A DNA stretch of 62,136 nt, filler included, from Chiloscyllium plagiosum (taxonomy: Eukaryota), in assembly GCF_004010195.1 (NCBI RefSeq). It is 5 parts of one record of this genome, joined end to end, with 100 filler letters (N's around TTAATTAATTAA, not from the genome) between each part and the next. Parts side by side here need not be neighbours in the genome. Positions count along the whole stretch, not along the records: positions 1 to 14,880 come from NC_057715.1; positions 14,981 to 28,526 come from NC_057715.1; 3 more parts are not named here. One strand, written 5' to 3'. Within the stretch, counting starts at the first letter, position 1. Every line of letters begins with the position of its first letter. This document shows positions 12,700 through 23,509 of this stretch, one piece after another. The notes beneath the pieces are model-generated. The model searched no databases and was not told the DNA's origin. It saw only the letters and a program-made list of their open reading frames with translations. Position numbers and translations under genes: made by a program.

Positions 12700-13550
12700 T
12701 TCTAAAGGAGGTGCAGGAGCAGAGGCACCAGGTGTATACATGTACAAGTCTTTGAAGGTGACAGGACAGGTGCAGAAAGCAATTAATAAAACATGCAGTG
12801 TCCTCAGCTTTAGTAATAGTTATACAGAGTACAGAGCAAGGAGATGATGTTGAATATGTATAAAACCCTCGTTAACCATCAGCTGGAGTATTGTGTATGG
12901 TTGTGGGTGCTCCATTGTAGGAAGCATGTTTGGAGAGAGCGCAGTGATTTTTAATTATCATTCCATGAATGAGAATCTTCAGTCCATGGGAAGAGGTTGA
13001 AGAATTTGGGATTGTTCTCCTTGGTAAAAGAAGACTTAAAGGAAATTTGGTAGAGGTTTTTGAAATCATGAGCGGGCTAGATACAGTACAAAGGGAGAAA
13101 TTGTTCCCACTCATAAAAAGAAAGAAAGATTGAGAAAACATAGATTTCAGGTGACATGAAAAAGAAAGGGAAATGTGAAAGAAGCAAAAACAGAAATTGC
13201 TGGAAAAGCTCAGCAGGTCCAGCAGCATCTGTGGAGAGAAATCAGATTTAACATTTTGGGTCTAGTAGCACTTTGTCAGAACCTAACTTAAAATGTTAAC
13301 TCTGCTTTCTCTCCACAGATGCTGTCAGACCTGCTGAGCTCTTCCAGCCTTTTCTGATTTTGTTTCTGATTTACAGCATCCACAGTTCTTTTGTTTTTTA
13401 TAATGTGAAAGAGAAGGTTTAAACTCAGTGAGTAATTAGGATACAGAATACATTGCCTGGAAATATGGTGGAGGCAAGTTCAATTGGGCAAAGAATGATT
13501 AAATTGAAATGACTTGCAGAGAAATGGGGAAAAAGCAGAAAGTGACATTA
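12700..13550 (+). mobile_element. Old CR1 3' fragment interrupted by a Penelope-derived fold-back insert
   Basis: cagctggagtattgtgt...gaagaggttgaagaatttgggattgttctcc CR1 signature. Confidence 0.7.
13183..13401. mobile_element. Short fold-back Penelope-like terminal insert
   Basis: Inverted halves (gctggaaaagctcagcaggtc / gacctgctgagctcttccagc) with an 11-bp TSD aatgtgaaaga at 13172-13182 and 13402-13412. Confidence 0.8.
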
Positions 13551-13612
13551 GAAAATAGAACAGGCACAACTGTGAAAACATCAGATGATGGGTTAAACAT
13601 CTGAAAACATTG

Positions 13613-13767
13613 AACATATCATAGAAACGTACAGCACAGAACAGGCCCTGTGGCCCATGATGTTGTGCCGAGATTTAATCCTAATGTAAAATATAATAAC
13701 TTCACCTACACACCCCTCAACTCACTGCTATCCACGTGTATGTCCAGCAGTCGCTTAAATGTCCCCG
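13613..13767 (-). mobile_element. Short CR1 3' tail
   Basis: Nearly the same sequence as the tail of the long CR1 at 37730-37875. It ends ~20 bp from the MMP exon donor. Confidence 0.8.
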
Positions 13768-13789
13768 AAAAGTTCTGAAAACACTTTAC

Positions 13790-13946
13790 CTCCAGTACTG
13801 ATCTCCCACAAAGAACATTATCCAATGCAATTTAACTCTCATTGCAGCATCTATTTGCTTAACAGTATCTGGAAAGCCAAGTTCAGAGATGTTCTTTGGG
13901 AACCCTGGTTTTAGAACATCCCCAGTGTAATGCCAGTATTGATGTC
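13790..13946 (-). CDS. MMP exon (hemopexin blades 2-3)
   Basis: ccttgcag|GA...TGGAG|gtaaag; 157 nt; (G)HQYWHYTGDVLKPGFPKNISELGFPDTVKQIDAAMRVKLHWIMFFVGDQYW. Confidence 0.95.
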
Positions 13947-14815
13947 CTGCAAGGTGAACAGCACATTACTTTAAAAGTAATCACAGAATTATTGGCCAAG
14001 CATTCCATCAGTTTCATATCGCAGTGAGTTGTGTAAAATTGTGATACGCTTACTCCTTCCACTCATGTAGTTTTTTGCTTTTTTCCTGCTGCAGCTCTTT
14101 GTTTTACTTTGATGTTTCTCCTGCCTGTTTTTATATGTTAGAAGATCAACAATGGCTATGACTTTAACTTAATGATAAAATTGTGTTGTGTTGACTTTAT
14201 ATTGCAGGTACACTCTCAGTGAAACCAACTTATTATGAATATATAATTTAATTAAATTTAACTTATTATGAATAAATAATTTGTGGATTTTAAAAAACTA
14301 TCGGGCAAAACAGGACTCTGCACCCAATTGACACTGTACATCGAATGGCATTTGGTAAACTTAAAATGTTGCAATTAGCTAGCCTTTCAAGGCAGGAATT
14401 ATAAAGGCCTTATATTCCCAGAATTGGTCTTTATTTTTCACTGTAGACACCAAAAAGATTGTAAAGCTGTCAATAAAGACCCAGATTCTACTAGCTTGAC
14501 CAGAAGAATTTATTTCTGTGTTTAGCTCTGGTTCTACAGGCTGATGGTTTCTATGATCATTCTCATTTGATCCAGCAGCCAGGGCCCTCAAACTCCCTCA
14601 GAGTCAACAACAGCAAAATGTCCCTGATGAGGATTTGCCTAAAATTTATCCACCATATGTCAGTACTGTCAGTAATCTTTGTAGCTTTGGTTCAGTAAGT
14701 TTGGTTTTGGTAATAAACCAGCTAGTTAGTTGTTGACTAATGAAACCAAGCTGACTTGTTATGAACAACTAGGAGACAGAGAGGACTGCAGATGCTGGAG
14801 ATCAGAGCTGATAAA

Positions 14816-15146
14816 TGTGTCTGTGTGTCCGTGTCCACGTGTGTCTGTGTGTGTCTGTGTGTGTGTCTGTGTGTGTGTCTNNNNNNNNNNNNNNNNNNNN
14901 NNNNNNNNNNNNNNNNNNNNNNNNTTAATTAATTAANNNNNNNNNNNNNNNNNNNNNNNNNNNNNNNNNNNNNNNNNNNNGAGTGTCTATGTGTGTGTCT
15001 ATGTGCGTGTGTATGCGTGTGTCTATGTGCGTGTCTGTGTGTGTGTCTGTGTGGCAGTGTGTGTGTGTCTATGTGTGTCTCTGTGTGTGTGTATGTGTGT
15101 CTGTGTGTGTGTCTATGTGTATGTGTGTCTGTTTGTGTATGTCTGT
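14816..15146. repeat. (TG)n-rich compound microsatellite spanning an assembly gap
   Basis: gtgtgtct/gtgtgtat runs on both sides of the N gap. Confidence 0.95.
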
Positions 15147-15800
15147 CACATTTTTCAGCTCTGACTTGTTATTAATATTGAACACAGTCTGAGATCTATA
15201 TAACTGGTCATTTCACCAAAACTATAACATTTAAAATTTGTTGCAGACTATGAAAGGAACCAGTGACTCCTCCAACCTTAGTCATAACCATTTGCATCAA
15301 ACCAATTGTATGATACAAGCTGCTGTATTCAGCTTGTGATGCATTTTATATGACTGTGTGTTAATATATAAATGCTATCTAATGCCATACTCAGCTTCAT
15401 ATCAATTGGTTGGTTATCAGTTCCCTAAAGCAGCTCTTATTTTGTTCTGGTGGTGCTGAGGATAATTACTTCCAATTTAGGAAGGTCCCAAGAATTAATT
15501 CAAGGTGACTGTCTATATCATTGTCTGTGTGGTGAACCCACACACCCACAATATGCAACAGTGACACTTTATATTGTGGATGTGGTGAAAAACTAAAAAG
15601 GAGAGATTCTAAGATATAATAGAGGATAAAGAGAAAGATGTAGTGGTACTATAGGAGAGAATGCTGAGGATAGGCACAATCGGATTTGTTCATTCACAGG
15701 ATAAGGGCACTTCTGGCTATGCCAGAATTTATTGCTCATTCCTAATTTCCCAGAGAGCAGTTACAAGTCTACCACATTGTTTTGGGTCTGGAGTCACATG

Positions 15801-15958
15801 GAGATATAGTAAGGACTGCAGATGCTGGAGCGTCGGAGTCGGTAAAGTGTGGTGTAGGAGAAAGCACAGCAGATCAGACTGGGCCCAGTCCTGAAGAAGG
15901 CTCCTGCCTGAAACATCGACCTCTTGTTCCTTGGATACTGCCTGACCTTCAGTACTTT
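15801..15958. mobile_element. Short Penelope-like terminal insert with hammerhead motif
   Basis: 15-bp TSD gtctggagtcacatg at 15786-15800 and 15959-15973. Confidence 0.75.
15888..15920 (+). ncRNA. Minimal type I hammerhead ribozyme motif (near-intact)
   Basis: gtc-CTGAAGA-aggc tcct gcct-GAAA-c a-TC-gac: stem I gtc/gac, stem II aggc/gcct. Stem III CG appears mutated to CA. Confidence 0.65.
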
Positions 15959-16061
15959 GTCTGGAGTCACATGTAGACCAGACCAGGGAAGGATGGTAGT
16001 TTCCTGTCCTAAAGGATATTAATGAACCAGCTATGGTTTTCTCTGACACTTAACAATAGTT

Positions 16062-16269
16062 GGAAATGTGTTGCTGGAAAAGCGCAGCAGGTCAGGCAGC
16101 ATCCAGGGAACAGGAGAATCGACTTTTTGGGCATAAGCCCTTCTTCAGGAATCGGGCTTATGCCCGAAACGTCGATTCTCCTGTTCCCTGGATGCTGCCT
16201 GACCTGCTGCGCTTTTCCAGCAACACATTTCCAGCTCTGATCTCCAGCATCTGCAGACCTCACTTTCTC
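16062..16269. mobile_element. Short fold-back Penelope (Neptune-type) terminal insert
   Basis: Near-perfect inverted halves; 15-bp TSD cacttaacaatagtt at 16047-16061 and 16270-16284. Confidence 0.85.
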
Positions 16270-17559
16270 CACTTAACAATAGTTTCATGGTCATCATTAG
16301 GCTCCTAATTCCACATTTTTGTTGAATTCAAATGTTGCCATCTGTCAGAGTAGGAATTGAACCTGGGTCCCCAGAGCACAATCGGGATTAACAGTCCACC
16401 AAAAATTCCACTAAACTATTGCCTCTCCTAGTGGTTCAAACAACTTCTCCTCAACAACTACTCCAAAATAAATTACAAAATAAATCAGCATGGTCAAAAT
16501 TGATTCTTGGGCTACATTAATTTGGGACATGACATGTGGTAAGTGTAAAATATCTGGGAAGAAAGAGGGGACTGAATCTGCACAATTTGGCCAGCAAAAA
16601 GTTGGAGAACACTTCCTGATACTTACACGGTAACCTGAGCAGACCTGCCTTTCTGCCAGTGTGCTGCCATCGGTTTGACGGGGAGCTTGGTGCATGATTT
16701 TGGTCTCCATAGGTCCAGGTTCTGTCCTCTCTTACCCTTGCTGAGACAATCATGTGTTTATCGTCATGGGGCAGTGCCATAACCAGCAATGCCCTTGCCA
16801 GTTTCTCCATTTAAAAGATATTATCTACCTTTCAGATGAGGAAATTCAAAGTTTCTTGTGTCGTTACAGAGTTAGTGGAAGTACGTGTTGCAGGAGAACA
16901 TTTGTGAAAAAGTAATAGTGTTAAATCTTGACAAGGTCATCAGAGGAGTTAAAGGCCTGCAAATTACACATCTATTAGCTGTTGAGGGGATTTAGAGAGG
17001 GCACTGACCGAATCTCCACAATTTGCTGCATAATTCATACCATTTGCCATTCGCTTCTTCACATACAATAAAATTTATCTCACTCTCAGCCCCCATTCTT
17101 CTTAAAAACTTGCAGTATTTGTGTATTAATTGACAATTAAACCCACAGCAGAAAATTTGTTTTCATAATGAACAGCACAAGTCCCTTTCTAACACATGAT
17201 AATTGCCAATGCAGTCCAGTCCAGAGAGGGGCAATTTAAATTGTTGAAGCTCTGTTGAATTCCTGCCTGTTTTACATTTTCTTCATGATGTTAAAAACTG
17301 TAAATCTCACAAAGGCCTGTAATTCTTGCCACACTTTCTGAGCTGTCATTTCTAGCAATTTACAATTCATATTATTCTAAGTTGAAGAGTGAAGGTAAAG
17401 CCCAATAGGCTGTGCACATTCTGTAGCAAGGGGTTGACCCATGCATTTTGCTTCATTTGAAAACAAATTCTGCACAAACTATATTTGGTGTCTGAGCACT
17501 GTGCACTGGAAATATGTGCTATAACAGACTTATTGTAAAAATACGTAAGAATGTGTAAC

Positions 17560-17693
17560 CTGTGAAAAAAACAACATCGTTTCTCCTTTGGGGACTCCTG
17601 CTGTACTCAACAGCAGCATCAATATTTGATGTGATACTTGGCCAAGTGTTGTTCACTGGGGTTATCTTTGAAGACCCTGCAGTCTTGTAGAAC
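17560..17693 (-). CDS. MMP exon (hemopexin blades 1-2)
   Basis: ttttcag|G...ACAG|gttaca; 134 nt; (G)FYKTAGSSKITPVNNTWPSITSNIDAAVEYSRSPQRRNDVVFFT(G). Confidence 0.92.
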
Positions 17694-18327
17694 CTGAAAA
17701 ACAATGAACAAGGTTACATCGATGGTTTACGTGATTGATGGGATGGTTTTCTACTTTTCTGTCGACAGCTAGAGCACTCAGTCATTTGTACCGAATAAGC
17801 AACTATCTCAATATACTTTCATTCATCTTTATGGGGAGGAATTGCTGTGCTTGCTACTTTAGTCAGGAGCTTTCATTATATGCTTGCACATAGAATTATT
17901 TCCCCACTAATTAGTCCGTTTCAGATAAAATAATCTGATTTCATTGCTAATTACTTTGTTTTGAGAATACTCGGTCAGGGAAGGAATACATGAAAAGAAA
18001 CAAATTAAATGACTAGTAATGTGAGCAAAGTAACAAAATAGTTGGAATATCATTGATCCGTTGGAATCTGAAAGCAGTTGTTTGGTAATACAGAATTTGA
18101 ATATTGTTGTAAAGTACATATTTTGTCAAAACATCTTTGTTTTGCAATCATCAGGATTTTTTGCATGAATACCAATTCAAAGAGAGAACCAATATTCATA
18201 TTTCTTGAGAGGAGAGTGCTTATTGGTCGTGAGGTGAATCTGATTGGTACAGCTGTTGCCATGCAGACTGTAACTAATAATGCTGATTTTTAAACTGAGA
18301 CGACAAATTCACGAGTATGATATTTAC

Positions 18328-18508
18328 CCATTCTTGAAGAATAAAACAGTTCTGTTTATTTTAACAGCAGCATCCATGAACACATCTGGGTCACTCATCA
18401 ATGCTTCTTTTGTTGAAGTCTGGCCTGGTATTTGAGTTGGGCTCTGGCCTGGTGTTTGTTTCTGAGTTGGCATCTGGCCAAGCATTTGTGTGGTCATAAC
18501 TGGTGGTC
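18328..18508 (-). CDS. MMP exon (Pro/Gln/Thr-rich hinge and start of hemopexin blade 1)
   Basis: aaatttag|GA...AATGG|gtaaat; 181 nt; (G)PPVMTTQMLGQMPTQKQTPGQSPTQIPGQTSTKEALMSDPDVFMDAAVKINRTVLFFKN(G). Confidence 0.92.
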
Positions 18509-19715
18509 CTAAATTTAAAAATATATGCTTTTAAATGTGAAGTGGTCTGTAACTCAAGAGAATCTTCTAAAGCTATCTATACACATCTGCACTTGCATAT
18601 ACAGATTTCATGTGCATTTGTAAATGATCTGTATAACATCAACTGAATCTTGTTAATAGTTTAACAGTTGTCAGAACTTTGTTTTCCTACAGCTCATATT
18701 ATGATTAGGGTCATCATTCACTTCTATGTTATTGGCTGATGCAGTATAATTTAGATAAATGTGAAGTTAACCACTTTGGTAGCAAAAACAAGAAGGCAGA
18801 TCATTCTCTGAATGGTGAGAGATAGGGAAAGGGAAATGCAGTGAGACCCTGGTGTCCTTGAGAGTAAACATACAAATGCAGCAGGTGGTGAAGAAGGCAA
18901 ATGGCATGTTGGCCTTCATAGTGAGAGTACAGGAGTGTCTTGCTGCAATTCTACAGAGCCTTGGTGAGACCACACCTGGTTAGAGTCATGCCTGACACAC
19001 TGGAAGATGGTTGTGGTTGTGTAGAGTCAATCATCTCAGCTCCAGGACATCTCTACCGGAGTCCCTCAGGGTAGTGTCCTAGGCCCAACAATCTTCAGCT
19101 GCTTCCTCAATGATCTCCCCTCTGGAGATAAGGCCAGAAGTGAGGATGTTCGCCGATGATTATACAGTGTTCAACACCATTCGTGACTCCTCAGAAACTG
19201 AAGCAGTTCATGCTCAAATGCAACAAACCTGGACAACATCCAGATTTGGGCTGACAAGTGGCAAGTAACATTCACACCACACAAATGCCAGACAATGACC
19301 ATCACCAATAAGAGACTCTCTAACTGCGGTGGTTAGAGGGTCTCTTATTGTTGATGCTCATTGACATTCAATGGCATTATCATCACTGAATTCCCTACTA
19401 TCAACATTCTTGGGGTTACCAATGATCAGAAACACAACTGGGCTCACCACATAAACACAATAGCTACAAGAGCAGGTCAGAGGGATACTGAGGTGAGTAA
19501 CTCACCTCCTGACACTCCATTTTCTATCCACCCTCTACAAGGCACAAGTCAGCAGTGTGTTAGAATATTCCCCACTTGCCCTGGATGGGAGCAGCTCCAA
19601 CAACACTCAAGAAGCTCGACACCATCCAGGAGAAAGCAACTCGTTTGATTTGCACCACATCTACAAACATTCAATCCCTTCACCACTGGCGCTCAGTCGC
19701 AGCAGTGTGTACTAT

Positions 19716-19954
19716 GTTGTGGTTCTTTTCGCCGAGCTGGGAATTTGTGTTGCAGACGTTTCGTCCCCTGTCTAAGTGACATTTTCTGGGTGATATTTTC
19801 TCACAGAAGCACTTCACAGGAGCCTCCCAAGCACTGAGGATGTCACCTAGACAGGGGACGAAACGTCTGCAACACAAATTCCCAGTTCAGTGAACAGAAC
19901 CACAACAATGAGCACCTGAGCTACAAATCTTTGCACAAACTTTGAACACCTACA
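19716..19954. mobile_element. Short fold-back Poseidon-type Penelope terminal insert
   Basis: Inverted halves matching the 3' end of the element at 45735-47216; 12-bp TSD agtgtgtactat at 19704-19715 and 19955-19966. Confidence 0.85.
19831..19870 (+). ncRNA. Minimal hammerhead ribozyme motif (core intact)
   Basis: gca-CTGAGGA-t-gtcacct agac aggggac-GAAA-cg-TC-tgc: stem I gca/tgc, stem II hairpin, palindromic acgt stem III, GUC cleavage triplet. Confidence 0.75.
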
Positions 19955-22394
19955 AGTGTGTACTATCTACAAGATTCACTGCAGAAATTCATCAAATATC
20001 CTTAGACAGCACCTTCCAAATCCATGACTACTTCCATCTAGAAGGACATGAGTCTTGGGAACACCACAATCTGCTAGTTTCCCTCCAAGCCACTCACCCC
20101 CTGGCTTGGAAATAAATTGCTGTTCCTTTGCAGTCATTGGGTTAAAATCCTGGAATTCCCTCCCTAAGGGCATTGTGGGTCAACCCACAGCAGGTAGATT
20201 GCAGCGATTCAAGAAGGTAGCTCACTCCCACCTTCTCAACGGCAAATAGGGATGGTCCAGCTAGCGACGTCCAAGTCCCATAAATGAATAAAACAAAAAC
20301 TTGGAGTATTGTGTGCAGTTTTGGTTCCTTATCTGAGGAAGGACGTGCTGACTATTAAGGAAGTGAAGCAAAGTTTTACCCACCTGATTCCTAGGATAGC
20401 AGGACTGATGTATTAAGAGAGACTGGGATTGGTTAGTACTATATTCACTGGAGTTTAGAAGATTGAAGGGGATTTATTTCATAGAAATCTATGCAATTCT
20501 AACAAGACTAGACAGGGTGAATAAACGTTCATGATGACTGGGCAGCCAGACCCTGGGGTCACAGTTGAAGGACGCTCCTTCCATTGACTCCGCCTAGTTT
20601 TCCCTTGCCTCGGGAAAACGGCCAACATAATCAAAGACTCCCCCACCCTCCCGGTTATACTCTCCTCCATCAGGCAGAAGATACAAATGTCTGAAAAGGA
20701 CACCAGCAGATTTAATAATAGATTCTTCCCCACTGTAATCAGAGTTATGAACAGATCTGTGTTAGAGCTGACCTTTCTCTGCACCTTCTCTGTAGCTGTA
20801 GCACTATATTCTGCATTCTATTCTATTATCCTGATGCACTTATGGAAGGCATGATAGCACACAAAATAATATTTTTCACTGTACCGTGGTACACATGACA
20901 GTAATAAATCCAGGCAAAATTAAATACAGGATAGGCCATACAGAACTGAGACAAGTACAAATGTCTTCACCCAGCCAGTTGGGATCCTGTGGAATTCTCT
21001 GTCACAGAAAGCAGAGAGGCCAAAACATTGAATATTTTCTAGAAGGAGTTAGATAAAGCTCTTAGATCTAAAGGGATCAAAGAATGTGGGGAGGAAGTGA
21101 AACCAGGGGACAGAGTTGGATGATCAGACATGATCGTATTGAATGGTAAAGCTGGGACAAAGGGGCTGAATGGCCTCCTCCTGTTCCTATTTTCTATGCA
21201 GTCCCAAAACAATCACACTGCATCTTCATTTCGACAAATTGTCCACAGTCCAGTATCTATAAATATTAATCATTTTATACAGTACACACCAGTCTGACAA
21301 TTTGACAGACTTACCTGTGATGCAACTTTAGTGCAACAATCTGACTTTGCAAGTGCAAGTGTGCATCCCCATCTCCCAGTGGCACAAAAACAGCCTTATA
21401 AATAATGTGAATTAAAGGGCAATATTATTGCAATATAAACCCAACAATTTGGTACTGGAGGAAAGGCTGACCAATATTTTAAATTCATTTCAAAAATTGA
21501 AGATGGCACAAGGCTATATTAATGTTGAGATGTTGGGAAAGGAAAACTGAATTTTTATATTATTACTTTAAGAACATATTTTTGTGAAAGTAAGTCAATA
21601 ATTAATTCTGGGAAATGCTGAGAGTAGGTGAGTTGCACAATATTTTGTCACATGCAAACTTATAATTATACTTCTGTTCCACAACTTTTGAAATGGAATT
21701 TCCATAGGATTTCTCAATATCACCCTGTTTAATTTAGCAGAAATAATTGCTGAAACCTCAGGAAAATTATAGCATAAAATATTTATGCTGTTCCTCCATA
21801 GTTTCCACTGCATAAGAGATCAATGGAACCCCTTTACCTCCAAGTTTGCAAAACAGAAAGTAAGTTGATACTGAGTCATGTGAAAGAATTAATTAAAAAT
21901 GATTTTGACCTGATTTTAAAAATTGAAAGAGGGATGGAAAAGAAAATCTTAAGATATTTTAGACAATAAAATTCAGAATTAAAAGGTTCTGTACTCAGTG
22001 AGGGAATAAACAGACAGGAGGTGCAATAGCTTTTGGTGCAGTCTCTGACCAATTAAGCAATCCATTAGATTCTAAATTCTCAGGTTTGTTTTCAAATCTC
22101 TTGATGACCTTCCATCTCCAATCTCTCACATTTCTTCTGGGACATCTCTACTTCCACAATTCTGCTTGTTTAGTATTCCTAATTTTAATCTCTCTACAAT
22201 TCGCTCCCAATGCCTTCTGCAGTAAAGGTTCTATGCTCTGGAATTTCATCTGAGACCTGCTCTGTCTTTTTAGCTCTGTTTCTTGTTGGACTGGAATTAT
22301 AACTTATCACTTCACCCAAACTCATCTCCCTTAAGCAGCAATATACTGATTCTGATTAGATTAAAAACATCACATAAAGTCAATCTTGTTGTAC

Positions 22395-22556
22395 CGTATA
22401 ATGACTGGATTCTTTTCACATCATCACTTGGAAGCGTATACCCGCCTGTGTCCACATAATTATACTTGTGATACATCAAAGCATTTTTATCCTCAGAATG
22501 ATTGAGCCCCAGAGAGTGTCCAATTTCATGGGCAGCAACAATGAACAAGTTGATTC
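22395..22556 (-). CDS. MMP zinc-binding catalytic exon
   Basis: tatttag|GA...TACG|gtacaa; 162 nt; (G)[53 protein letters not shown](G), with HExGHxxGxxHS and ALMY Met-turn. Confidence 0.97.
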
Positions 22557-23509
22557 CTAAATAAATTAAAACATTATGTAAAATATCATTATTAATCAAA
22601 AAAATTCATTATTTATTTGCATGGTATCTTAATTCTTTTGTCAATCAAACATGTTGGTACTGAAATTGGTTTTAAAATAAGTTAAGAATTATACAGCGAT
22701 GATACCTCAGACTTCAGCTTTTCACTAATATGGTTCCTATAGGTCACAAATCTCTACTGTTTCAAAGTTCACCCAGTTCAAATGAACTAGAAACTGAGCT
22801 GAAAAGTGAAAATAAACAAATAACACTTTTAATCTATAATCAGCTGAGCTCGCAAATCAATCAATACACAATAATGTAAATTGCAAAATGCTAAACTTCT
22901 GATACAGAGTCCAGATCATTTGACCCTAAGCTTCCTATTTCCTGCCACAATATGATGATCAACACATTATTGGATACCATGGCTTTTCCCTTTTCACCAT
23001 GTACTCCTTTACTTCCAGATTTGTCTTTGTGTGGAGTCCCTTCCTGTCAGCCTTGAGGTGGTGGAATGTTGTTTTCTTGAGTGGGGACAGTTGTTCTGCT
23101 GGAGATTGGTGATCCAGGCGGCCACATATTTGAAAAACTGGTTTGTCAGAGCAGGCCTTGAGGTAGCAATGGCGTAGGCATAGGGTCTAGCAGAAGTTAG
23201 TTTATTTGATTCTAGGTTTCTAAGAAATAGACAAATGTATGAAGATTTTCTAGAATGATCATGGACTGCAACTGGAAATCTTCCTTCAAGTTAGAAATTA
23301 ATCTTTTGACTTTTGGGTCTTGCGACATCTTGGTACTCAGTCAACATTCATCAATGATTGGTCCAGGAAAGATCAGTCCTCACATAAATCGAATAGAACA
23401 GACATCACTTTGATCTTTGACTTGAACAGCAATACAATCAAGAGCTGCCTGTGCTTTGATATTAAATCTGTCTGTGTGGTTTTATTTGTTATTCTGCCTG
23501 AAGAGGGTA

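Larger units (their letters stand above)
15690..16430 (-). mobile_element. DeuSINE (SacSINE1-like) with two nested Penelope-derived inserts
   Basis: Reverse complement contains the Deu-domain-like core (ctggtctggtctacatgtgactccagac...aatgtgg), a tRNA-like head near 16350-16430, and the tail gcaataaattctggc. Confidence 0.75.
18977..20295 (+). mobile_element. CR1/L2-group LINE 3' portion whose tail resembles the DeuSINE tail
   Basis: GVPQGSVLGP and FADD RT motifs (ggagtccctcagggtagtgtcctaggc; ttcgccgatga). Same family as 37483-37720 + 40991-41885. Confidence 0.8.
18737..21200 (+). mobile_element. Old CR1 fragment split by nested insertions (CR1 pieces ~18737-18976, ~20300-20565, ~20930-21200)
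   Basis: KANGMLAF-like and ctggagtattgtgtgcag motifs; CR1 tail ggctgaatggcctcctcctgttcct. Confidence 0.7.
8223..22556 (-). other. Matrix metalloproteinase gene (collagenase/stromelysin-type, MMP1/3/13/18-like), 3' six exons; possibly a pseudogene or 5'-incomplete
   Basis: Six GT-AG exons splice in frame (intron phases 1,2,1,2,1), giving Zn-binding catalytic C-terminus, hinge and four hemopexin blades. This matches exons 5-10 of the canonical 10-exon secreted MMP layout. Confidence 0.92.

Noticed and set aside
14925..14936. TTAATTAATTAA inside N runs (also at ~28571, ~45679, ~57172)
   Set aside because: The same palindrome sits in the centre of four 100-nt N blocks and gives stops in all six frames. 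It is an assembly linker, not biology.
16009..16308. Repeated short ORFs 'MCCWKSAAGQAAS...' (also near 52926 and 54020)
   Set aside because: These are translations of the same non-coding Penelope terminal repeat, not a peptide gene family.
21872..21878. AP-1 site TGAGTCA (typical of MMP promoters)
   Set aside because: It lies in an intron of the MMP with no associated first exon, and a 7-mer is expected by chance in 62 kb.
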